A program made the translations under genes and the position numbers. The notes beneath the pieces are model-generated. The model was not told the DNA's origin. It did no database searches and was given only the letters and a program-made list of their open reading frames with translations. This document shows, in pieces, positions 20,231 to 30,074 of a stretch of DNA of 64,000 nucleotides (its first letter is position 1; every line of letters begins with the position of its first letter). This DNA comes from an uncultured Planktomarina sp. (GTDB lineage Bacteria; Pseudomonadota; Alphaproteobacteria; Rhodobacterales; Rhodobacteraceae): the NCBI RefSeq assembly GCF_905181815.1, contig NZ_CAJIZA010000005.1. The stretch is one strand, 5' to 3'.

Positions 20231-22060
20231 ATGGATCAATTCATGCTAAAAGACACTCGTGTATTTGAAGCCAATCCGCAAGGCGGCGGAGCCTTTGGAG
20301 ATTTGCCAGAATGGGACCTCAGCGATCTTTATGCATCCGAAGATGCACCAGAGCTGCAGGCCGATCTCAAATGGCTAAAAAAATCTTGTCTCTATTTTTC
20401 AAATGATTATGAAGGGAAGCTCGCGCAGCTCAATGCGGATGAAATGCTCAAAGCTGTTGAACGCTATGAGGCTATCGATATCATTGCCGGTCGGATCATG
20501 TCTTTTGCGGGTTTACGTTATTATCAGCTGACATCGGACCCCAAGCGGGCGAAATTCATGTCAGATATGCAAGACAAGCTGACAGAACATACGACAAAAT
20601 TGGTTTTTTATGGCTTAGAATTTAATAGATTGCATGAAGAAGCTCTTTCGAAATTACTGTCGAAAAATGCGGCCCTGGCTCGATATAAGCCGGTGTTTGA
20701 CCGCATGCGCGCCACGAAGCCCTATCAGCTATCTGACGAGATGGAGACATTCCTGCATGATCAATCGGTGGTCGGGGCAGCTGCGTGGAACCGCTTGTTT
20801 GACGAAACTGTCGCCAACCTGGTCTTTCACATTGATGGAGAAGATCTACCGCTGGAGGCTGCGGCCAACAAGTTGTCCGAACAAGACCGAGACTCGCGCG
20901 AAGCGGCGGCCCGAGAGATTGCTCGAGTATTGCGGAAAAACACCAGCCTTTTTGCTCGGGTACATAACACTTTGGCCAAAGAAAAAGAGATAGAAGACCG
21001 CTGGCGAAAAATGCCGACACCGCAAACCGGACGGCATTTGTCCAATCATGTCGAAGCCGAGGTTGTGGAGGCGCTGCGCAATGCGGTCGTAGCCGCCTAC
21101 CCCAAATTATCCCATCGCTACTATGCGCTTAAAGCCAAGTGGCTTGGTCTTGAGACCATGCAGGTCTGGGATCGAAACGCTCCGCTGCCAATTGAAGACG
21201 ACAAGCTGGTCGATTGGAGCACAGCGCAAGAGATGGTGCTGTCAGCCTATGCCGAGTTTTCTCCAGAGATGGCCAAGATTGCCAAACCCTTTTTCACTCA
21301 AGGCTGGATCGATGCGGCCGTCACGCCTGGTAAGGCACCCGGCGCCTTTGCTCATCCTACCGTCACCACCGTACATCCCTATGTGATGCTCAACTACCTG
21401 GGCAAGCCGCGCGATGTGATGACACTGGCCCATGAGCTGGGCCATGGGGTTCATCAGGTTCTTGCAGCCCAGCAAGGCGAGCTGCTGTCCTCAACACCGC
21501 TAACCTTAGCAGAGACAGCTTCCGTTTTTGGCGAAATGCTGACGTTCCGCAAACTTTTGGCCGCCGCCAAAACCCCGCAAGAGCGTAAAGTGCTTTTGGC
21601 CGGTAAAGTCGAGGATATGATCAACACCGTGGTGCGCCAAATTGCTTTTTATGACTTTGAGTGCAAACTGCACGCCGCCCGTGCCGAGGGGGAACTCACG
21701 CCAGATCAGATCAATGCGATTTGGATGAGCGTGCAGGGTGAGAGCCTAGGACCGGTGTTTGAATTTATGGATGGCTATGAAACTTTCTGGTCCTATATCC
21801 CGCATTTCGTGCATTCCCCTTTCTATGTATACGCCTACGCCTTTGGCGACGGCTTGGTAAACGCGCTCTATGCAGTCTATGAAGAGGGCGATCCGGAGTT
21901 TCAGGCCAAATATTTCGACATGCTGCGGGCCGGGGGCTCGAAGCACCACACAGAGCTGCTCGCGCCCTTTGGTTTAGACGCCAGTGACCCCAAGTTTTGG
22001 GACAAGGGGCTCAGCATGATTTCTGCGATGATTGATGAGCTGGAAGCGATGGAGGATTAA
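20231..22060 (+). CDS. pepF: M3-family oligoendopeptidase F
   Basis: 609 aa. HELGHGVH zinc motif. Confidence 0.9.
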   Translation: MDQFMLKDTRVFEANPQGGGAFGDLPEWDLSDLYASEDAPELQADLKWLKKSCLYFSNDYEGKLAQLNADEMLKAVERYEAIDIIAGRIMSFAGLRYYQLTSDPKRAKFMSDMQDKLTEHTTKLVFYGLEFNRLHEEALSKLLSKNAALARYKPVFDRMRATKPYQLSDEMETFLHDQSVVGAAAWNRLFDETVANLVFHIDGEDLPLEAAANKLSEQDRDSREAAAREIARVLRKNTSLFARVHNTLAKEKEIEDRWRKMPTPQTGRHLSNHVEAEVVEALRNAVVAAYPKLSHRYYALKAKWLGLETMQVWDRNAPLPIEDDKLVDWSTAQEMVLSAYAEFSPEMAKIAKPFFTQGWIDAAVTPGKAPGAFAHPTVTTVHPYVMLNYLGKPRDVMTLAHELGHGVHQVLAAQQGELLSSTPLTLAETASVFGEMLTFRKLLAAAKTPQERKVLLAGKVEDMINTVVRQIAFYDFECKLHAARAEGELTPDQINAIWMSVQGESLGPVFEFMDGYETFWSYIPHFVHSPFYVYAYAFGDGLVNALYAVYEEGDPEFQAKYFDMLRAGGSKHHTELLAPFGLDASDPKFWDKGLSMISAMIDELEAMED

Positions 22061-22359
22061 GCCAACTCGCTCCATGGCCAAGGGCGCACGTCGCTGGCAA
22101 CTGTTTGATAGCGGGTGGCCTTAGCAATCCAAATTCCCAAAGTCGCGCCAAAATCAACCAAACTCTTATTGGGTTGCCGCCCAGCGACCAGCATAATGAT
22201 AAACTGGATGATCCTGACAAAGGTCAGAACCGTATGCGCGAGGCTCAACATGACGGAAATGACAACCATCCACAGCAGCCGCATCGCCAGGTTTTCCCAT
22301 GCTTTGCCCTCTCTCGGCCCATTGAGGGCAAACCCACCGTCACCTTTTGACTTACTCAT
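22057..22359 (-). CDS. small membrane protein (DUF4389-like)
   Basis: 100 aa with two hydrophobic segments. Family assignment is from memory. Confidence 0.55.
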   Translation of the reverse strand: MSKSKGDGGFALNGPREGKAWENLAMRLLWMVVISVMLSLAHTVLTFVRIIQFIIMLVAGRQPNKSLVDFGATLGIWIAKATRYQTVASDVRPWPWSELA

Positions 22360-22431
22360 CGTTGAAACACCTTTTTAAATCTAAAAATTTGATTGAACGT
22401 CGTATTATATCAACAATCTGTGGCTTTGAAC

Positions 22432-23406
22432 TCACGTTAAGGCTGTGCCAATCGCCAGTATCGTGTCAATCGCTTCTTGGGTTCCGCGCGCCTGCTCGAG
22501 GGTCCAAGGATAGGCCGCGCCAGTGCGGATGCTGTGACCAAAGGCTTCCACTTGATTGACATAATGGTTTGCAGCGGGAAATCTCTCAACTCGCAGGCCT
22601 AAATTCGGTTGGTGCAATTCAATGCGCGCCTCGCCAAAAATATTAGCATTGAAGGGCGCAGTTAAACGTAACAGCCCTGCCGATCCATGAAACACCATCT
22701 CTTGATGCGGATGCATACGCGTGGAGACATAGGCCGAATAGGTCGCATCTCCCATATTGCCTTGCATAGACGCAAAAGTGTCAAACCCGCTTTCCAAACG
22801 AATTTTGGCGGAAATATTTTCGAGATCTGCCCCCATGACATAGCGCGCCGATCCCAGCACATAGACCCCAATGTCGCGCAGCCCGCCGCCGCCCATGGCT
22901 GCTTGATTGCGAATATTTTGCGGATCATCGGAATTGTCATAGGAAAATCCGCCAGTGATATGAAGCACCCGGCCAATCGCGCCATCCGCCACCATTTGCC
23001 GCGCGCGTTGCCATTGCGGGTGGCTTACGATCATATAGGCCTCAGCCGCCAAAAGTCCTGTCGCATCGCGGGCTGCGATTAACGTGTCAAAGTCTTCAGC
23101 CTGCATCGCAATGGGTTTTTCCGCCAACACATGTTTGCCAGCATTGAGCGCCTTCACAGTCCACTCCACATGCATGTGATGCGGCAAGGGGATATAGACC
23201 GCATCAATATCAGGATCCTGGATCAGAGCGTCATAGCCCATAACCGCCCGGCATCCTGTGGCAAACTCCTGAAACGGGGCCACGCTGCCAAAGGTGCGAC
23301 TGGCCACAGCCGATAAAACCGCCCCGTTAGCCGAATTAATGGCCGGCCCCATTTGCTCGCGCGCAAATTTGGACGCCCCAAGAATACCCCAGCGTATTTG
23401 TGTCAT
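22432..23406 (-). CDS. Gfo/Idh/MocA-family oxidoreductase
   Basis: IRWGILGASKFAREQ N-terminal Rossmann and EKP motif (AEKPIA). Confidence 0.85.
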   Translation of the reverse strand: MTQIRWGILGASKFAREQMGPAINSANGAVLSAVASRTFGSVAPFQEFATGCRAVMGYDALIQDPDIDAVYIPLPHHMHVEWTVKALNAGKHVLAEKPIAMQAEDFDTLIAARDATGLLAAEAYMIVSHPQWQRARQMVADGAIGRVLHITGGFSYDNSDDPQNIRNQAAMGGGGLRDIGVYVLGSARYVMGADLENISAKIRLESGFDTFASMQGNMGDATYSAYVSTRMHPHQEMVFHGSAGLLRLTAPFNANIFGEARIELHQPNLGLRVERFPAANHYVNQVEAFGHSIRTGAAYPWTLEQARGTQEAIDTILAIGTALT

Positions 23407-23498
23407 GCGAGCCACCGTTGATACCAGACCACCCTAGGATAACCCAAAGAGGGCAGCGCCGCCACAGAAAATGGCAGGGCAAGAGGCAAGGCTTGGCA

Positions 23499-24395
23499 TC
23501 ACAGGTCGCGCAGCAGGCCCTTTTCTTGTGACAATTCACGCATACGGTTTTGCAGCTTTTCAAACGCCCGCACTTCAATCTGGCGAATCCGCTCACGGCT
23601 CACGTCATATTGGCTTGACAGCTCCTCCAAGGTCAGCGGCTGATCGTGCAAGCGGCGCTGGGTAATAATGTCTTTTTCACGGTCGTTCAAAACGCTCAGC
23701 GCCTCAACCAGCATGTCACGACGCACGGACATCTCATCATTGCGCTCATAATCGCCTGCTTGATCGGCATCCTCATCTTGCAGCCAGTCTTGCCACTGCG
23801 TCGCGCTTTCGCCATCGCTGCCGACCATGACGTTCAAAGAGGCATCACCCCCAGACATTCGGCGGTTCATCGACTGCACTTCGGTTTCAGTCACGCCCAG
23901 ATCGGTCGCAATGCGGGCGACCTGTTCGGGCCGCAAGTCCCCATCATCATAAGCACCAATCCGCGATTTTGCCTTACGAAGATTGAAGAACAGCTTCTTT
24001 TGTCCGGAAGTGGTTCCCATTTTGACCAAGGACCAAGAGCGCAACACATATTCTTGAATGCTCGCTCGGATCCACCACATCGCGTATGTAGCCAAGCGGA
24101 AACCTTTTTCCGGGTCGAACTTTTTTACGGCCTGCATCAAGCCGACATTGGCCTCCGAGATAACCTCCGCCTGAGGCAGCCCATAGCCGCGGTAGCCCAT
24201 AGCGATTTTAGCCGCCAAACGCAGGTGGCTCGTCACCAACTTATGCGCCGCACCACTGTCTTGCCGCTCGACCCAAGCCTTGGCCAACATATACTCCTCT
24301 TCCGGCTCCAGCATTGGAAATTTGCGGATATCCTGCATATAGCGGTTCAATCCCCCATCCGGCGTTGGTGCAGGTAAATTTGCGTAGTTTGCCAT
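23499..24395 (-). CDS. rpoH: RNA polymerase sigma-32 factor
   Basis: 298 aa. Sigma-70 regions 2-4 and an RpoH box (QKKLFFNLRKAK). Confidence 0.93.
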   Translation of the reverse strand: MANYANLPAPTPDGGLNRYMQDIRKFPMLEPEEEYMLAKAWVERQDSGAAHKLVTSHLRLAAKIAMGYRGYGLPQAEVISEANVGLMQAVKKFDPEKGFRLATYAMWWIRASIQEYVLRSWSLVKMGTTSGQKKLFFNLRKAKSRIGAYDDGDLRPEQVARIATDLGVTETEVQSMNRRMSGGDASLNVMVGSDGESATQWQDWLQDEDADQAGDYERNDEMSVRRDMLVEALSVLNDREKDIITQRRLHDQPLTLEELSSQYDVSRERIRQIEVRAFEKLQNRMRELSQEKGLLRDL

Positions 24396-24460
24396 CGTGC
24401 TCCCTCGTGTTCAATCCCATGTATATGGGCTTGAGGTACCCGTGTATTAGGATTTTAAAT

Positions 24461-24491
24461 AGATATGCGTGCACCTTCGCCCTGTTTCAAG
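24461..24491 (-). promoter_or_regulatory. candidate sigma32-type promoter upstream of rpoH
   Basis: Minus strand reads CTTGAAA, then about 15 nt, then ACGCATAT, about 65 nt upstream of the rpoH ATG. Imperfect -10. Confidence 0.3.
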
Positions 24492-24544
24492 AGCGAGGGG
24501 AATTATTTTTTATATTCGGCAATAAAGGGGAGGCGCGCCAGCCA

Positions 24545-25544
24545 CTACGCGCTTAATAGCGCAATCAAATCCATTATATCTGCGGGCAATGGGCTCATAA
24601 AGCGCAGCGGCCGGCCAGTGATCGGGTGTTTGAAGCCTAAAAGCCCCGCATGCAGCGCCTGCCTCGAAAAGGTGGCGACCTGCTCAGTGTAGAGGCCAGC
24701 TAGTTTGCGTTTGCGGCTATAGGTTTGATCCCCAAGCAAAGCATGGCCCACATAGGACATATGCACCCGAATTTGATGGGTGCGGCCCGTCTCTAATTTA
24801 CATTCCACCACCGCAGCTGCGCCGCCGGCTAATTCCTGCATCACCCGCACGCGGGTCACTGCATGTTTACCATTTTGCAGCACCACCGCTTGGCGTTGCC
24901 GGTCCGTCTTGTGGCGGGCCAATTGAGTTGTAATTTTGAGCTGATTGCCCGCTTCAAACGACGTACCTGCGAGGCCCATGAGCCGCGGATCGCCTGCCGA
25001 GGGCACGCCAAAACACACCGCCGTATAAAGGCGCTCAATACTGTGATCCAGAAATTGATCCGCCAAGCCCTGATGGGCAGCATCAGATTTGGCCACCACC
25101 AAAAGCCCACTTGTGTCTTTATCAATACGGTGCACAATCCCAGGACGTTTCATCCCGCCCACACCAGAGAGATTTTCGCCGCAATGGGCCAAAAGCGCAT
25201 TAACCAAAGTTCCTGAAGGCGTGCCTGGTGCCGGATGCACGACCATGCCAGACGGCTTGTTGACCACAATCAAGTCGTCATCTTCAAATAAAACCTCAAG
25301 CGAAATGTCTTCCGGCAGCATATGGCTTTCCACCAGCTTCAGGCACACGAATGACGATGTCATCGCCCTCTTGCACCCGGGCCTTTTGATCGATCACCAC
25401 AGCGCCATTCACTTCAACCGCGCCTTCCGCAATCATGCGCGACAGGCGCGATCGGCTGATGGCCCGCTCTGGCACATTCCGCGCCAAGGCTTTATCAAGG
25501 CGCGGCGGAGGGTTTTCTCCAATGGTAAAAAGGACATCAGTCAT
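24545..25544 (-). pseudogene. rluD: RluA-family 23S rRNA pseudouridine synthase (RluD-like) split by a single-base frameshift
   Basis: The N-terminal S4 domain (ORF 25296..25544) and the catalytic domain with HRIDKDTSGLLVVAK (ORF 24545..25363) are in different frames. The junction reads PEA|VESHMLPEDISLEVLFEDDD if one G near 25331-25335 is removed. Confidence 0.85.
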
Positions 25545-25848
25545 GGCAGATCAATCTGAAGTTCCGGCAAATCCAACTGAACCGGCGAATTTGCGGTTTT
25601 TGAGGCGGCTAGTCACAACGCTCACAGCCACTATGATTGTTGGTCTCTTAGCGATCTTTACAGTGCTTGTCATCCGCTTGCAGAGCCCTGTCGCAATTTT
25701 CCCTAAAATTACCGCTCTACCGGAAGGAACCCAAGTGATCTCGGTGAGCCGCTCACCTAGGGAATTGATCGTTATTGACCAAAATCGCAAGATTTACCTG
25801 CTCAGCCTCGATGGTGAAAAGCTCCTGCACATGCAGACATTGCCATAG
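25543..25848 (+). CDS. small single-pass membrane protein
   Basis: MADQSEV… with TM segment LVTTLTATMIVGLLAIFTVLVI. Its ATG overlaps the rluD start on the other strand (CATG). Confidence 0.6.
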   Translation: MADQSEVPANPTEPANLRFLRRLVTTLTATMIVGLLAIFTVLVIRLQSPVAIFPKITALPEGTQVISVSRSPRELIVIDQNRKIYLLSLDGEKLLHMQTLP

Positions 25849-26062
25849 GCTATGAGAGCCCACCATTCGTTTGCGCAACGCCATATCGCCCAGTGAGACA
25901 GGTGACAACAGCCCAGCCAGACTGATCTATAGCAAATGCCTTAGCTGGCAGATTTTTCACCTATCGTAAGCCTCAAGTCCGTGCCAATCCATCAGAAAAT
26001 CTTGCAAAAGTGGGTTTTGGCAATCATGCTAGGCCAATCACTGGGTGAAATAGGGTGCGTGA

Positions 26063-26989
26063 ATGTCAAAATATCTAGCAGTGCAAAACCGGCTCAACCA
26101 GATTCTAGAGCGGGCAGATTTTGGCGACAGGGTCAGCCGAAGCACCGATATGTTTTTCACTGCTTTGGTCATAGTAAATATCATTTCCATCACCTTAGAG
26201 TCCGTGCCGTGGATCTACGCCGCCCATAAGAGCCTATTTACCTGGATAGAAATCATCAGCGTGGGGATCTTTACAATCGAGTATCTGTGCCGTGTTTGGG
26301 TCGCACCCACCAAAATCTCTGGCCCTCGAAATTTTGGTAGCGCCTGGAAATCGCGAGCAAAATATATGCTCAGCTTCAGTGGTCTTGTGGATCTTTTATC
26401 CATCCTGCCCTTCTATCTTCGCTCTTTCTTCCCCTTTTTGGATCTACGCATTTTGCGGGCTTTAAGGTTGCTTCGCATCTTGAAATTATCGCATTACAAT
26501 TCAGCCATGGAAGATCTTTTTGAAGCAATTTTTGAAGAAAGGCGCTCATTTTATGCGGCCAGTTATCTCTTCGCGATCTTGTTCATTCTCTCGTCCACAT
26601 TGATGTATTTTGCAGAATATAGGACCCATCCAACCGGCTTTCAGTCTATTCCCGATTCCATGTATTGGGCTCTGATTACACTCACCACAGTTGGCTATGG
26701 AGATATCACACCGATCACCGTAACCGGTAAACTTATTGCTGTTGGGTCCGCAATTTTAGGGGTAATTGTGGTTGCCATAATCACCGGTATTGTCGCCTCT
26801 TCTTTCAACGCGCAAATGGAACGACGTAATATTATTTTTGAAGATCAAGTGCGCAAAGCGCTTCTAGATGGAATTTTAGACTATGCGGAAAAAGCCGACC
26901 TCGAGCGCCTGCGCAAACAATTTGGCATGTCCAAACGCCGAGCCGATGCGCTGATCGATCAAGTGCAAAGCATGCGCGTGAACAAATAG
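26063..26989 (+). CDS. voltage-gated-type potassium channel (6TM)
   Basis: S4-like RILRALRLLRILKLSHY and selectivity filter TTVGYGD. Confidence 0.85.
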   Translation: MSKYLAVQNRLNQILERADFGDRVSRSTDMFFTALVIVNIISITLESVPWIYAAHKSLFTWIEIISVGIFTIEYLCRVWVAPTKISGPRNFGSAWKSRAKYMLSFSGLVDLLSILPFYLRSFFPFLDLRILRALRLLRILKLSHYNSAMEDLFEAIFEERRSFYAASYLFAILFILSSTLMYFAEYRTHPTGFQSIPDSMYWALITLTTVGYGDITPITVTGKLIAVGSAILGVIVVAIITGIVASSFNAQMERRNIIFEDQVRKALLDGILDYAEKADLERLRKQFGMSKRRADALIDQVQSMRVNK

Positions 26990-27051
26990 CTGTACACAAT
27001 GGATAGAGCCTGCGAGCAACCACAGCCTTGCTCACTCTGGAGACATCGACG

Positions 27052-27213
27052 ATGAAGCCCATATTAATATCTTTTCTGATCACATTTTACGCCAATGCCA
27101 GTCTCGCCCAAGAGGCCCCAAGCTGCCCAGATCGCGGCACCGACCCTCAGGCTTTTTGCCTGCCCGGAACTAGTTGGGATCCACAAACCCAATCTTGCGT
27201 TGGTCTAGCATAG
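27052..27213 (+). CDS. small secreted Cys-containing peptide
   Basis: 53 aa. Signal peptide MKPILISFLITFYANASLA, then SCPD…FCLPGTSWDPQTQSC. Confidence 0.45.
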   Translation: MKPILISFLITFYANASLAQEAPSCPDRGTDPQAFCLPGTSWDPQTQSCVGLA

Positions 27214-27234
27214 GCTGATCTAGAGCTGCGTTAG

Positions 27235-27764
27235 ATGAGTATAAGATATCTGAAAAAAGCACATCCATTCTTAAGCAAGCAATATTTGCTTTAGTTTTGG
27301 CGGTTGGGGCCACTATGCCACATTTGGGTTTCGCCAGCGAGCTCAAGACTTATAGCTTCTCGTTGATTTATGGCGGCCAGATAGATACGAAACAATGGCA
27401 AGGCAAACCCTATCTCGTGGTGAACACCGCGTCTCAATGCGCCTTCACCAAACAATATGCCAACTAGCAAAAACTCTACGATAAATACCGTGACTCTGGC
27501 TTCGGAATGATTGCCGTGCCATCGGATGATTTAAACCAGGAGTTCGATAGCACCGCAGAAATTATGAGCTTTTGCGCATTGAATTACGATATTGATATGC
27601 CAATGAGCGAGACACTCGCCATCACAGGTTCGAAAGCGCATCCCTTCCTTAAGGCAGAGCAGGTGCAACGTGGGTTTGTGCCAAGATAGAATTTTAACAA
27701 AATCCTAATTGGCGGCGACGGCCAAGTGGTCACAACTTGGGGCTCTTTAACCCAACCCCTGTAA
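27235..27764 (+). pseudogene. glutathione peroxidase pseudogene
   Basis: GPx motifs NTASQCAFTKQY and (W->stop)NFNKILIGGDGQVV. In-frame TAG at 27465-27467 and 27687-27689. The signal-peptide region is out of frame with the only ATG (27235), near an A6 run. Confidence 0.8.
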
Positions 27765-27946
27765 CCAAAACTAACACGCATTATGGAATGCTGAATTAGC
27801 CAACCCCGCAAAACAACAGTAATGACCTTTCAGCCAGTTATTTAAAAACGGTACTTTCTCCAAACACGCGCGGAGGCATAAATAACTTCCACGCGCTTTA
27901 AGGTTTAAGTGCACTCCACACATTTTGCTAGGGCAATGCGGAAGCT

Positions 27947-28309
27947 TCAGTAACACAGCACCGTATCTGCGTCTAAGGCCAAACCTATGAGTTTATCGGG
28001 CATCGCAAATGACGCATTATATCCAGCGAGAAGGCTGTCATCATAGCCTCGCGATTTTGCAGACATACCAGAGACCATGATTTCAATATTTGCCTCAGCA
28101 AGTGCCCGCAAGTGCAAGTCTACATCACCAGTACCCTGTCCGACAATTTCACCCTCAGCCCTGCAATTGAGGGCGTGCACAGCGTCACCCGCCAAAAACA
28201 GTTTAACGCTATGCCCTTCTGTTACGCCAGTTTTGGCGACAAGCAGCCCAAGGGTTAATTTGTTCTTTAATTCCGGACCACTGTGAATGTGTATTAATAA
28301 GTTAGCCAT
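27947..28309 (-). CDS. DsrE/DsrF-like family protein
   Basis: 120 aa. MANLLIHIHSGPE…LFLAGDAVHAL… resembles the DsrE fold family. Good RBS. Confidence 0.65.
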   Translation of the reverse strand: MANLLIHIHSGPELKNKLTLGLLVAKTGVTEGHSVKLFLAGDAVHALNCRAEGEIVGQGTGDVDLHLRALAEANIEIMVSGMSAKSRGYDDSLLAGYNASFAMPDKLIGLALDADTVLCY

Positions 28310-28344
28310 TACAACTCTTCCTCAGGCAAATGGATGTACGGCCG

Positions 28345-28674
28345 CTACGTAAGCGGTGTCGCCCCTGTTTCCATGCGAATTATTTGCCCATCCTTCAACA
28401 TACACACCAACATAACGGCTTCTTTGGTATCATCAGGATAGGACATGAAATCATGACTGACTAAGATATCATCATTTTCATAAACGCAGCGCGATGCATC
28501 GTTTACAAATTTTGGATTACTCATCATCCCACCCACCATAGAAGCCCATTCACTTTTGCTAAATCTATTTCCAGATTTATGAAAGATAATTTCTGCATCT
28601 TCGTGAATAAGGTCGATGTAAGCCTCGACATTTCGATCTGACATAACTTGCTCGAGTTTTTTATATAAAGACAT
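28345..28674 (-). CDS. SnoaL/NTF2-like small protein
   Basis: 109 aa. Start at MSLYKK, preceded by GGGGGGAG. Pattern of an alpha+beta cone-type protein. Confidence 0.55.
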   Translation of the reverse strand: MSLYKKLEQVMSDRNVEAYIDLIHEDAEIIFHKSGNRFSKSEWASMVGGMMSNPKFVNDASRCVYENDDILVSHDFMSYPDDTKEAVMLVCMLKDGQIIRMETGATPLT

Positions 28675-28676
28675 TC

Positions 28677-29024
28677 TTACTCCCCCCAAACGCCAGCAAA
28701 TTCATAGACCACCGCCCGTGACCCCCCAACGCACCAGGCATCATGATTGGGAGAAATCGCGTAGGCATCACCTTCGGAATATGTCGCCTCAGAGCCGTCA
28801 TCACACACACAGTGGATTGTACCCTCAACAATAATACCAGTGTGTGTCGCCTGACAGCTCGATGTTCCTACAATAGGTTTGATATCGCGCGACCATTTCC
28901 ACTCTGGCGCCAAGGTCAGTTTCATCACACGTTGGCCTAAAACATTAACTGACTCGACACGAGCGTTTGGCATCTCTTTAGTTTCATCGGCTTGTGAGGT
29001 AAAACTTTTTACTTCTATTGGCAT
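28677..29024 (-). CDS. cupin-domain protein
   Basis: 115 aa. Beta-rich, with H…G…E/H-type cupin pattern (CQATHTGIIVEGTIH…GDAYAISPNHDAW). Confidence 0.65.
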   Translation of the reverse strand: MPIEVKSFTSQADETKEMPNARVESVNVLGQRVMKLTLAPEWKWSRDIKPIVGTSSCQATHTGIIVEGTIHCVCDDGSEATYSEGDAYAISPNHDAWCVGGSRAVVYEFAGVWGE

Positions 29025-29096
29025 AACTGACTTCCTTTTTTTAACGTACAGGATTAGTGTTTAATTTAACGCATTTAACTGATATTATTGCAAATC

Positions 29097-29381
29097 TTAT
29101 CCCATGAAGGAATTTTCGCTCATGACTGTGATCACTGTGGTATCTAAAAGGGCGCCGGCCGCCGCACGTTTGGCTTTTAGTTCCTCATGGCCGCCGAAGG
29201 CTTTCATGGCCTCTAAAGAGTCAAAATTGATGATCACAGTAAGTTTGCTATCATCATCCTTTTCCGTGCCTGCAAATATAAGCTGCCCACCAAGAGCGTT
29301 TAGCGTCGCCTGATTTTCGTGATACATGTCTTTCCAAGGCCCAAGCCCGCGGGTAAGGTCTTGTGTGAGTTTTACCATCAT
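29097..29381 (-). CDS. small hypothetical protein (ferredoxin-like alpha+beta pattern)
   Basis: 94 aa with no recognisable motif. Co-oriented with the three genes above. Confidence 0.5.
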   Translation of the reverse strand: MMVKLTQDLTRGLGPWKDMYHENQATLNALGGQLIFAGTEKDDDSKLTVIINFDSLEAMKAFGGHEELKAKRAAAGALLDTTVITVMSENSFMG

Positions 29382-29555
29382 AATCCAGATCCCTTTCGAT
29401 ATTGCTGTTCTGCGGTACCGCCACTGTCAGCATGTTGCAAACTAAGGTTAGTGCGAAAGCATCTTTAGAAACTATGCCAAATATTAAAGCGGTTTCGGAA
29501 TCAGGTTGTTTTAGTTTTTATAAAAAATAATTGACGGGCATAACCAGACAACCCA

Positions 29556-30074
29556 ATGTCAAAACAGCAGTGGTTTAAATCGTGGGGTGGATTTATGTTA
29601 GACGCAAAAAATGTACTGAATGAAAGATATATCGAGGAATCTATGTGCCCGATTGGGCTTGCGTCTCATCTACTCGGCGATAAATGGATTTCAATTATTA
29701 TTCGTGACATTGCTTTGTTTAATCGTCGGACGTTTAACAGCATCCTCAATAACAACCAAGAAAACATTTCTTCAGGATCCTTATCTGCGCGATTGAAATT
29801 AATGCACGATCTGAAACTGGTGAAAATTGAAAAATCAGAGCAACATACGCAAAAAAAGCTCTATTACCTTACCGAAGCAGGCATCTCATTTGTCCCAATA
29901 TTGTTTAACCTGGCCGCATGGACCGAAAAATTTCGTGCACCCTCGCCAGATATTGTAGCACTAACAGCGCCCTATCTCTCGGGAGACGATGATCGCATGG
30001 ATTGGCTTTTAGGCAAGCTGCGCGCCTTCAACATTCACAAAAGTGAAGAACCAGAGCCCCTTTGGTGGGTATGA
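29556..30074 (+). CDS. HxlR-family transcriptional regulator
   Basis: CPIGLASHLLGDKWISIIIRDI is the HxlR-type wHTH signature. Divergent from the four small genes. The true start may be the internal MLDAKN. Confidence 0.8.
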   Translation: MSKQQWFKSWGGFMLDAKNVLNERYIEESMCPIGLASHLLGDKWISIIIRDIALFNRRTFNSILNNNQENISSGSLSARLKLMHDLKLVKIEKSEQHTQKKLYYLTEAGISFVPILFNLAAWTEKFRAPSPDIVALTAPYLSGDDDRMDWLLGKLRAFNIHKSEEPEPLWWV

